A stretch of 64,000 nt of DNA from Selaginella moellendorffii (Eukaryota > Plantae > Lycopodiophyta), in contig NW_003314297.1 of NCBI RefSeq assembly GCF_000143415.4, positions 907,430 to 971,429 on the forward strand, in the 5' to 3' direction. The notes beneath the pieces were generated by a model that saw nothing but the letters and a program-made list of their open reading frames with translations, was not told where the DNA came from and searched no databases. The first letter of the stretch is position 1, and every line of letters starts with the position of its first letter. The position numbers were made by a program, and so were the translations under genes. Below, piece by piece: positions 24,900 to 35,645 of this stretch.

Positions 24900-27600
24900 T
24901 TGAGTTTATACTTTAAGCCAACCACGTTGGTTAAGAAATTTCTAATAATTCAAATGGGCCTAACACTTCGGTTATCAACCATTCGTACATTAAACGAAGG
25001 TGGTTGAATTGGGCCTAGGCTTAATTCTTTGCAAATATTCTCTTCTAGAATATTTATGCTTAAATCACTATTGATGAGAGTTCTATATAATAGAGTTTTA
25101 CCAATCTTTATGTAGTGCACCTTATCTCTCTCCCCTTAAGCCAACTGAAAAAGGGGTAATTGCTTGATGAGAAAGCCCTTAGTGGCTATTTTATCCCTAT
25201 TTATCCCCAAGGTTCCAAGGATCCATGGTGACAGTATATCCAAATTTTATCCCATGATCACATGTGCTACACTCACCCCCCCTTCAGAGATGTCAATGTC
25301 CTCATTTATCCCTAAAGTTCCAAGGATCCATGGTGATAGTATATCCAAATCTCATCCCATGATACATGCGCTACACTCACCCCCCCTTCAGAAATGTTAA
25401 TGTCTTTATTGACTATTGACTAATAACCCTTACTGAGCCAAGGGGAACCAACACCTCTATTTTCACACTCAATTTACCAATCCTTCTATTGTGTAGATTA
25501 GCTATTCCATGTGAGGCAACTAGTCATCCACCGGTATTGCAGTCCCACGGTGAATACCTTCATCCGTGGATATTCCATGTGAGGCAATTAGTCATCCACC
25601 CGTACTGCAGTCCCACGGTGGACACTTTCGTCCGTGAATACTCTACACAAGAGGAAGGACATACGCATGGATGCCCAATACGTAAATTTAGGGGTAGGAA
25701 TATACCTTGCTCAAGGGTATATTATATTTTAAAGTAGCCACTAATCAAGGGAATTGAACCCGTGCCATTTACTCCGATACCAACTGTAGCGCACCTATCT
25801 CTCTCCCCTTAAACCAACTGAAAAAGGGGCAATTACTTGATGAGAGAGCCCTTAGTGGCTATTTTATCCCTATTTATCCCCAAGGTTCCAAGGATCCACA
25901 GTGACAGTATATCCAAATCTCATCTTATAATCACATGCGCTACACTTTATATCAATTGTAGGAACTTCATCATTACAATTTTTTGGCACAATTACAATGA
26001 CCATATATAGGATTAAAGTTTTTTCCTTCTTAGGCAGGAGCTTTTTAAGTAATGTAGCTCTAAGGTAAAGTGCTATAGTGAAAAGTTGGCCTATAGTGAG
26101 TGTAATTCTAACATTTAAAATATTTTTCACTACCTTTTTCTCATCCTTACCATCTAGCTTTAGTATAAGATTTTCCTTTTATGCTAATGGTAAACTCATA
26201 TCAAATTATAAAAGGTGTGAGACTCTCTGTGTTAGAATCACTATTCTCCAAATCAACTTGTGGTTACAAATCTTAGAGTTGTTAAGTGATTTCTACGTTG
26301 ATCTTTTTCTTTTAGCACCATTGAGAATTAAAAATGATTTCTACTTCATCATCACTTCTTCATCTTAACTTTTAGATTCAACCCTTTTTTATTAAGCTTT
26401 GATCATGACATAAACACTAAGTAGCTCTTTTGTATCTAACTATTCTACCTCAATCTGCTTAGTTGTAGGTTGCGTATCCTTAGGAAGTTTATCATTTTTG
26501 CTTGATGATTCAACTTAATTGTATGGCCTAGGATAATGAGTAAGAGTTTTAGCTTGATCATACTCTTTTGGCCATTCATATTCTCAATGTTTATTATAGC
26601 CTCTAGGTTAATTGTATTGTCTAGACTGATTATAATCTCTAGGCTTATTTTCCTCATAGTTAGGTGGATAATTTCAAAAATTACCCTTAAGTGGATAATC
26701 TCGATAGTCATTTTGCGTTTTAATGTGTGGGTAGTCGTTTCTTTTATAACTTCTATCGTCAAACGAATGGTTTTGTCTACATATTATTTTATCAACTCAG
26801 GTTATCTATTCGCCTCCTGGTTTTTTAAATAAAGTTTTATATTCCTTAGTTGAATACCCCTCTTTTTAAAAAATTTGGCACTTGATCAACTGGAGTTTGC
26901 ATTCTTCCTTACTATGGCCTTCATTTTTACATTTGGTACACCAAATCTTTTGTTTTAAATTGGTATACAATTTGAGGCTTCTTAGATAATTGGTTTCCTT
27001 GTTTATAAGAGTTGTTATTTCGTCTGACTTTACTATATCTACCATGTCATATTGTTTTATGAGATCTTGGTAGGCAATCATGACTTTTTTGAAGTCATTA
27101 AAATTTGCATAAGCTCTTTTTATTGCATGTTTACAATAAATTTTCTTGAGGCCCTATATGTATAGGCATAAGCACATTTTGTTTGACATTAAATCTTTAC
27201 AATGCTTATAACACTTGTTAAATCAAATTGTATATTCCTTGATTATTTCAGATTTTCTTTGATGAAGCTTTTGCAACTCATCATAGTTTTTTCATGGGTT
27301 TGTTTCCATGGAGAAAAATTTAAGAAAAAACTTTGTTTACTTTTAAAATGTGCCAAGTTTTTTTACATTATTGTCATAATACCAATCTTTGGCTTTGTTT
27401 TGAGCGTATAGAGGAAAAAATCCTTTTCATGGCCATTTTCTTTAATTGAGCTTAATTGCTTTTGTGTATTGCTCAATATATAGTTATGGGTTTTCTCCTT
27501 TAATTCCAGAAAAGGATGAATATGTGATGATCATGCCTATTGTTGTTTCTGCAATTATCATCATGCTCATTGCAATTTGACAAAAAATGCTCTATTTTAC
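24900..27600 (-). pseudogene. Ancient gag-protease relic, interrupted by the TRIM
   Basis: CCHC knuckle WCTKCKNEGHSKEEC in ORF 26866-27081 and a degenerate protease motif TLINSDLSINI at ~25050-25085. Confidence 0.65.
25111..25944 (-). mobile_element. Complete TRIM (terminal-repeat retrotransposon in miniature)
   Basis: ~160-bp LTRs at 25111-25271 and 25785-25944 (TGTAG...CTACA) with perfect TSD CTTTA. PBS TGGTATCGGAG (tRNA-iMet type), PPT GAAGGGGGGGTGAG, no ORF. Confidence 0.93.
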
Positions 27601-28618
27601 AACTAGTATAGGTAAAACAAGTGTTTGGTTTGTAGGGAAATTAAAATTACCATCAAAGGGTAAAGGTTGTAAATTTTGCTTTTCTTCCTTTTATGGGGAA
27701 TCATTCTAATTGTTTTGTGTTCCACTACTCTTAGTTGAAGTAAAGGCATTTTCAATGTGTTGATGCTGCCAAGGAGGAGTAACATATAAATTCAAGTATT
27801 CTAAATGACTGTCAAAGTCATATTAGGATTTCTAATCTCCTATTTATTGAGGTATACCCAATATGCTTTTAACTCACTCTCTTTCAAGTTTTTCTTTAGC
27901 TTGATTAAGTAATGATTTATTTGTTCTAAAGGGAGGTTAAGATTGCAAATATCATGAGCACGTGCTCTGTAATCTCATTCTAAATCTTGTGAATACTTCT
28001 TTTCAAACTGTCTTCCGCTCATTATATTGTGAGAGAAATGTTGTATATCTATTACCTTATTTGGTATAACAATGACAATTTTATGTATAGGGACTATATC
28101 TTTTAAAGCTTTATAAGTAAGATCAATTGTTAGTCTATGCTTATATATTCAGAAGTTTGTTGGCATTGCTACTATGGCAAGCCTAGTTATTATACCTCGT
28201 TCATGGAGTAAATGGTACAAAGTTTTGGTATGAAATGTTGTTATGAGACATAAATCCCTAAGCCCCAAAGTGGAGCCAAAAAGGTGCCACATGGTAGTGG
28301 CCGAAGCAAAAGCCAAACGAGCGTAACATGTTTGGAATAAAAGCTTTAACTTGAAAAGTTGAAAGCAAATATGGAACTCCCAACAAAGTGCTCAAGGAAC
28401 AAGCACGAAGCAAGCAATAAGTGAGTCTCTAGAAAAGGGACATAAAAGGACTAACACATAATACGTGGGAGTGTCTGAGATGGAGTCTGAGAAGGAGTTC
28501 AAGATAGAGTCCGAGATGGAGTCCGACAAGGAGTCCGAGATGGACCTAAGATGGAATCCGAGAAGGAGTTTGAGATGAGTTCACCAAGGACTCCGAAATG
28601 GAGTCTGAGATGGACCTG

Positions 28619-28718
28619 NNNNNNNNNNNNNNNNNNNNNNNNNNNNNNNNNNNNNNNNNNNNNNNNNNNNNNNNNNNNNNNNNNNNNNNNNNNNNNNNNN
28701 NNNNNNNNNNNNNNNNNN
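28619..28718. other. Assembly gap (100 N)
   Basis: Run of N inside the LTR minisatellite. Confidence 1.
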
Positions 28719-28826
28719 GGGGGGGGGGGGGTTCCAAAAGTATAGTAGGGAGAGTGTGGGGGTTGGACCTTAGTGGAGCCAGTTTGGCCAAGAAAGGCCA
28801 ATTTGGCCTAAGAAAGCCATACCTAG

Positions 28827-30484
28827 TGTGAGACACAAAATCCCTAGGCCCCAAAGTGGAGCCGAAAGGGTGCCATGTGGTAGTAGCCGAAGCGAAAGCC
28901 AAACGAGCGTAACACATTTGGACTAAAAGCTCCGACTTGAAAAGGTCAAGAGTGGGAGTGGAACTAACAACGAAACACTCGAGGAACGAGCACGAAGCGA
29001 GCAATAAGCGAGGTTCCAAAAGGGGACCCAAAAAGGACCAACACATGACACGTGGAAGTGTCCGAGATGGACCCAAGTTGGGGTCCGAAGTGGAGTCCGA
29101 GATGGACCTGAGTTGGAGTCCGAAGTGGAGTTTGAAGTGGAGTCTAAGATGGACCCGAGTTGGAGTCCGAAGTGGAGTCTGAGATGGAGTCCGAGATGGA
29201 CTCGAGATGGACCCAAGATGGACCTGAGATGGAGTCCGAGATGGACTCGAGATGGACTCAAGATGGACCTGAGATGGAGTCCGAGATGGAGTCCGAGATG
29301 GACTCAAGATGGAGTTTGAGATGGAGTCCGAGATGGAGTCCGAGATGGAACCGAGATGGAGTCCAAGATGGACCCGAGATGGAGTCCGAGATGGAACCGG
29401 GACTGAGACCGAGACTGAGACTGAGTCCGAGTTTGAGTTCGAGTCCGAGTCTGAGTCTGAATACTAATACAGGCAATTGGGTGAAAGCCCAAAGCAATCG
29501 TCCCCCAGGGGGGGGGGGCTGCGAGGGGTTCCAAAAGTATAGTAGGGAGAGTGTGGGGGTTGGAGCCTAGTGGAGCTAGTTTGGCAAGGAAGGTCCAGTT
29601 TGGTCCAGGAAGACCATGCCCAGTGTTGGGTGATGAACTGACCACTGGGAAGTCCAAGATTAGAGTGAATATGGACTGACAAGCGGGGTAGCTTGGTGAA
29701 GTGTTCAAGAGCCGGCTCTAGTTCCCCCGGGAGATCGACTGGGCGATGCTCCCAGTCCAAGTGTGGGTGGCACTACCTACTTGGATACCTGGCATGGCTC
29801 AACAGAACCTCGCTCTAAGCCCATGGCTAGAGCACCTAAAAGCGAAAGGCGGGGAGAGTACCCATGCGGCTTGCGTAAGGCCACGGTGTTCCAAAATGTT
29901 GTCCCAAAGTCCCAAACAGTGAAAGGGAAGAGGAGTCGTCCTCTAGTGCAGTGACCAAGGATACGGTCACATGGTGAGAAAGTCCCAAAGGATAGTGGGA
30001 CTTAGAGGTCGGGCCTACAAGCCTTGATCTAATGGCAGTGTTGGCGAACATGGCCATGGACAAAAAGGGACTTGGTGGGGACTGAAAAAGAGTTGTCGGG
30101 GAAGGTTATTCCCTATGTCTGCGAGCATCCTAAAGATGCTAAGGAGTAGATCTGGGATGATCACTCATGGACGAATGGCCCAGTCTTTGAGAGACAAGAT
30201 TATGACGTAAGTGGCGTTAAACCACTGGTGTGACCAAGGTGAATGGGCATGGCCTTAGCGTAACGAGCTGATATTTTGGGGGTACCTTGGGGTGTCGGTC
30301 ATGGGATTAGACACGTGTAGCACTTGGACCAAGTGTAAAGGTTGAGTGGCATGGATGCCATTCTTGGGGCTAGCATGCCCCAAGTTCTAATTGGGACTTA
30401 TGGAGGTTGTGAATGAGACTCCTCCAAGTGGTCGGAGGTGCGGTTAAGTGACTAAAGTAAAATGGAAAAAATTAGTCGCTTACA
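28827..30484 (+). mobile_element. Family-B solo LTR (1658 bp) nested in a family-B LTR
   Basis: TGTGAG...CTTACA flanked by TSD CCTAG (28822-28826 and 30485-30489). Confidence 0.9.
29059..29460 (+). repeat. LTR-internal minisatellite: 11/12-bp GAGATGGAGTCC/GAGATGGACCC units, then 6-bp GAGTCC/GAGACT units
   Basis: Directly visible; also present at 28470-28618 and 34822-35190. Confidence 0.92.
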
Positions 30485-33400
30485 CCTAGCTATTGGGTGA
30501 TGAGATAATCACTGGAAAGTCCAAGGCTAAAGTGAATATGAACTGACAAGTAGGGTAGCTTGGTAAAATGTTCAAAAGATAGCTCTAGTTCCCCTGGGAG
30601 ATCAAATGGTCGATGTTCCCAATTTAAGTATGGGTGGCACTACCTACTTGGATACCTAGCATGGCTCAACAGAATATCGCTTTAAACCCATGGCTACAGC
30701 ACCCAAAGGCAAAAGGTGGGGAGGGTACCCATGAGGCTCGCGTAAAGCCACGGTGTTCCAAAATGTTGTCCCAAAGTCCTAGACTATGGAAAGGAAGAGG
30801 AGTAGTCATCTGGTGTAATGACCAATGATACGGTCATGTGGTGAGGAAGTCCTAGAGGACAGTGGGACTTATTAGTCAGGCCTGTGGGCCTTGTCCCAGT
30901 GGTAGTGTTGGTAAACACGGCCATGGACAGAAAAAGGACTTAGTAGGGACTGTAAAAGGGATATTGGGGAAGGTTATTCCCCATTTCTGTGAACATCTTA
31001 AGGATGCTAAAGAGTGGATCTAAGATGGTCACTCATGAACGGATGGCCCAATTTTTGAGAGATGGGACTGTGATGTAGGTGGTGTTGAACCGCGGGTGTG
31101 ACCAAGGTGAGCATGGCCTTAATGTAATGGGTGTATGTCGGTGGTACCTTGGGGTGTCGGTTATGGGATTGGACACGTGGAGCACTTGGACCAAGCGCAA
31201 AGGTTGAGTGGCATGGATGCCATTCTCAGGGCTAGCAAACCCCAAGTCCTGAACTGGATGTGAATGAGACTTCTCCAAGTGGCCGGAGGTGTGGTTAAGT
31301 GATTAAAGTAGAATGGAAAAATTAATCGCTTACAATTTGGTATCAGAGCTGTTCCTTAGTTTGACTTTTATTGGTGCTCAAGTATATCACTACTTGTATT
31401 GGTATTGGAAGGTCTGAGGAGTGGCCCTATCCTTAAGGAGTAGTAGGTCGGGAGGATATGGCTCTCCACTATAGTTCACGCGTGAACTTGTAGGTAAGGT
31501 GGTGGGTAAAAAAGGGCTAATAAGGGAATGATTTTGGGATCTTGGGAACAGTATAAGGTTTTCCTTAGAGAGCTGAAGATGTAATTCAGATAAGCATTTG
31601 ACTTAGTAAACTAGCTAATATAGTTGTGGTAAACAACTATAGTTGGGATCATGGGAAAGATAAAAACTCCAAAACAATAAAGAAGTCATAAGATTATCCT
31701 CATATAGTTGAGGTTGGTGCTCATGAATTTGAGACCAGAATTAATAACCATGGGAGGTCAAATACAGAAGAGGACATAAGTCCTTGAAATGGTAGCCGGG
31801 GCTACTCTTAATAAATGCTAGAACAAAGGATTGGGGGTGTATTTAGAGGATGAATTAGTATTTTCATCACATGGACAAATAGTCTTAATGGGCAAAGGTA
31901 GCTCTTATAGAACAAAGAATAATCAAGTGTCGAAGTAACACTTGCAAGAATGGTCCTTATAAGTATGACATGAATACAAAAAGTTGTATTCTAACGAGCT
32001 AGCACCTCAAAAATGGGACTTTTTGGAATGCTTATTGCCAAAGAAAGCCATCATTGGGACACCCAAACATTTTAAAACATTAGGAAGTGGTGTTTGGTGT
32101 TATGAGGGCATTAGATAAAGCCTAAGAGACTAAGTCTTTAATGAATGATGGATAGGAGGTGCTATTCAAATGTCTAAGATTGCAGAGATGGAAAAAATCC
32201 ATCTACCTAAATTAGACAAAGTTGAAAAGGGATTTTGGCAAGGCTAGTGATGGGCATATAAAGGCCCATAAGTAGTAACGTTAATCTTGATGTGTGGGAT
32301 TACAAGGTGAGTATACCTGGATTAAGGAACCACTCCCTAATCTATCAGGTAGGTTCATCCTTATGAATACTTACTAAGGCATGGTAGAAAGTGCAAAGGT
32401 ATCTTCTTAGTCTAGAGGAAAATAACCGAAGGAAACATATGAGGCCAAAAAGCAAGTAATAAAAGGATAGTACCGAACCATAGGAATCGAAGGGCATAAC
32501 CAAGGGTGGTTATGCAAATTAAGAGTGGAGAATCAAGTGAGGGGCTCGAGTGGTTTGTTATTAGCAACCGTGATGCCATAGAGAGTCTAAATATGGAATT
32601 ATCCATGTTAGACCATATGGTAATTAAAAAGCTTGCAAAAAGAAGAAGCCTTAGCAAGACAATTTTGGGTAGATAAGTACCTAAAAAACCAAGTGTATAT
32701 AGTTCATAAAGCGCGCGAAATCAAAGTGGTGCAGTAGAAGCATGGTCTTGAAGCTTGCCATGAGGCAAGGTTATCAAAGTTAGGGAAGTAGTTCCCAAGT
32801 GTTCAAAGAGAAGGCTTTGAACAAAAATCGATAGTTAAGGACTTTCACACTTGTGCATGAACCATGTTACAATGGTCAAATGACTTGTTATGTGAGATTG
32901 GCAAGTCGGGGGAACAAATACCCTAGTTGAAGGTGTTAACTTCAAAAGGGCTAAGCATGGAGAGAGGACTTGGCAATGTGGAAGAACTAAGTTCCTAAGC
33001 TGTGTAGCGCGCTTTAAGTATAAGTTGGTGCATTGGCGTGGGGAGTTACGCTAAGCATCTTGTGTGATGCCGTCCGTAGATGTATATACGGAGGTTGGGT
33101 TCGAGTCCTAACCCTTTAGTGCTTGGGTTCAAGTCCTAACTCACTAGGGCGAGGTGATGGTTTGGAATATAAGGACACTCATTTTTCGGTGGTTATGGAC
33201 TCTTAGTAAGGAGACTAGCTTGGGCACACTGCCAAGCGAGGGATGCCCTAGAGTTGTGATGCACGGTTATATTACTTAGTGTGAAAACTTAGCATATCTA
33301 ACTTGAACACTTTAATGCAAGTGGCACCAAGGACATGGTGAATAAAATAGGGACACTCAGTCTCAGTTGTTATGGACCCTTGGCTGGAAGGGTTGGCTTA

Positions 33401-35229
33401 AGTGCACCCCCTTGGGGTCATGGTCAACAGCTTAAAGGTTTGGAAGGCTTAATACTTATTGGCAAACCTGTTAAGGTGCCAAGATGAGATCACTACACGA
33501 TCTTGTGGCTAAATAAGGATAAAGTCCTTGTTTGGGTAATTAATAAGGTTCTTAGTTCAAAGTATTGATTTAAACTAATAATAATGGTATGGCTTGGTCA
33601 AGGTGACCAAGTGGGAAGAACACTTAAAGGAAATGAGCTATGTCAATGTGATGGCATAGTGAGTCCAAAGAAGGTAATCTCTAAGAGAGACCCATAAGAG
33701 GGTCACAAAGTTGTGCCGTGGATGGGGCCCATAGCAGAAAATGTTAAAGAGACCTACTAAGGGTGAACACCCTCTGGACTTAGCAAAGTGGAGCTTTTGT
33801 CATGGAACCAAAAAAATACCTCAAGGATGGAGGTAGTGATCCTATGTTGCTTGGTGCAATAATCAATAGATAAGAGCAAAAGACTAATGGCTAAGAAAAA
33901 AACCATGGGAATCATGGGATAGAACCCAAATGGCAAAGTTAAGCTAGAACCATTAATATGTTGGATGCTAACGAATTGTGGGAAGGTAATGTATTTCCAA
34001 GGATGGATTCCTAATTGCTCCGATTTAGCAAAGGTGGAAGCTCCAAGGGAGGAAGTAGTAAGGTAGCAAAATAATAAGGCCATGGATAGCTCTAACATAG
34101 ATTATGATAACTAGAACTTAATGCCAAAAGTGGCACAAAATAGAAAAGAGGATGATGGTGCCCTTGAATAAATAACTTCCTAAGATAAGGAAGTGGAGTT
34201 GCAAAAAATGTGCAATGCAAAATGTTGGAGACACCCAAGAAATTGACTTTGAGAAGTCAAAATTAAAAGTTCCAAAGTGCAAAGGTTACATCAATGGGAA
34301 TTGAGAATACTTGACAATGAGTAGTGGGATTAAGATAGAAAAAATGTCTCTAACAAGTTTAATGAAAACTAAACCAATAAAAGGAGATAACCACCACAAA
34401 TGGTTGAATGAGTCTCTAAATTGAAGAGATTATGCTCCTTAGAGGATGGACAAGGCATGGTGAGCCTTCGGTGTCAAACCATTAACAAATATTGACTAGG
34501 TGCCAAGGATGGAAAGGGTAATACATAGTATTACTTTATAAATAGTTTATCGTTTGATGAGGACATTGAACTTCGTCTATGGGTGGTGGAATTGTGAGAC
34601 ACAAATCCCTAAGCCCCAAAGTGGAGCCGAAAGGGTGCCACATGGTAGTGGCCGAAACAAAAACCAAATGAGTGTAACACGTTTGGACTAAAAACTCCAA
34701 CTTGAAAGGTCGAAAGCGGGAGTGGAACTCCCAACAAAATGCTCAATGAACAAGCATAAAGCAAACAATAAGTGAGTCTCTAGAAAAGGGACACAAGAGG
34801 ACCAACATATGACATGTGGGAGTGTCCGAGATGGAGCCCAAGAAGGAGTCCAAAATGGACCCGAGATGGAGTTCAAAATGGACCCGAGATGGAGTTCAAG
34901 ATGGACCCGAGATGGAGTCCAAGATGGACCTGAGATGGAGTCTGAGATGGAGTTCGAGATGGATCTAAGATGGAGTCCGAAATAGACTCGAGATAGAGTC
35001 CGAAATGGACCCGAGATGGTGTTCGAGATGGAGTTCGAGATGGACCCAAGATGGAGTCTGAGATGGAGTCCGAGACAGACCCAAGATGGGGTTCGAGATG
35101 GGGTCCGAGATGGAGTCCGAGATGGACCAAAGACCAAGACTGAGATCGAGTCCGAGTCCGAGTCTGAGTCAAAGTCCAAGACTGAGTCCGAATATTAATA
35201 CAGGCTGTTGGGTGAAAGCTCAAAGCGAT

Positions 35230-35645
35230 TGGATTTATTTAGCGATGTCTATTAGCCCAATTATCAATCTTAGGCAAAGAAGCTATTATGGGAACTTTAA
35301 TGGTTCACAATAAAGCTTAGATACTCATAAGTAAAAATACACTTGTTGTATAAAATTTTAACAATTGTTTAGTAGGCAAAACTTTATAAATCCTTTGTAA
35401 GTTATAATACTTAGGATTTGTGTCTAACTCGGATAGGCAGACTATTTCCTTGTCTAAGAAAAATCCTAGTACTATTTTTTTTTTTATATAGATAACTCCA
35501 TAGATATAAATCTTGCTTATACTATGTACCTACAAAGTATTCTAAATGTATTATCACACCTTCTTTCACAATAGTAAAGGTATTAGAACACTTCTATATA
35601 CCTTGAGCAAATTATTATTAAGTATCTCACTTGGTAATTCGTCAA
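35230..35645 (-). pseudogene. Decayed integrase-like relic, continuation of 42800-44300
   Basis: Joined to 42800+ through the GTCAA TSD; only faint motif remnants. Confidence 0.35.

Larger units (their letters stand above)
28242..35229 (+). mobile_element. Family-B non-coding (LARD-like) LTR element; 3' LTR truncated
   Basis: 5' LTR is 28242-28826 plus 30490-31334. Perfect PBS TGGTATCAGAGC at 31338-31349, a 3.2-kb internal region without a long ORF, PPT GGGTGGTGGAAT, and 3' LTR 34593-~35229. Confidence 0.88.

Noticed and set aside
25749-25762. B-box-like GGGTTCAATTCCC next to the TRIM PBS
   Set aside because: Short, with no A-box or cloverleaf; could be chance.
29059-29400. CRISPR-like appearance of the repeat array
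   Set aside because: Units are contiguous with no unique spacers, and the context is a eukaryotic LTR.
28499-29760. Many overlapping ORFs with MESE/SRTP repeats (also 34688-35313)
   Set aside because: They are translations of the LTR minisatellite, not genes.
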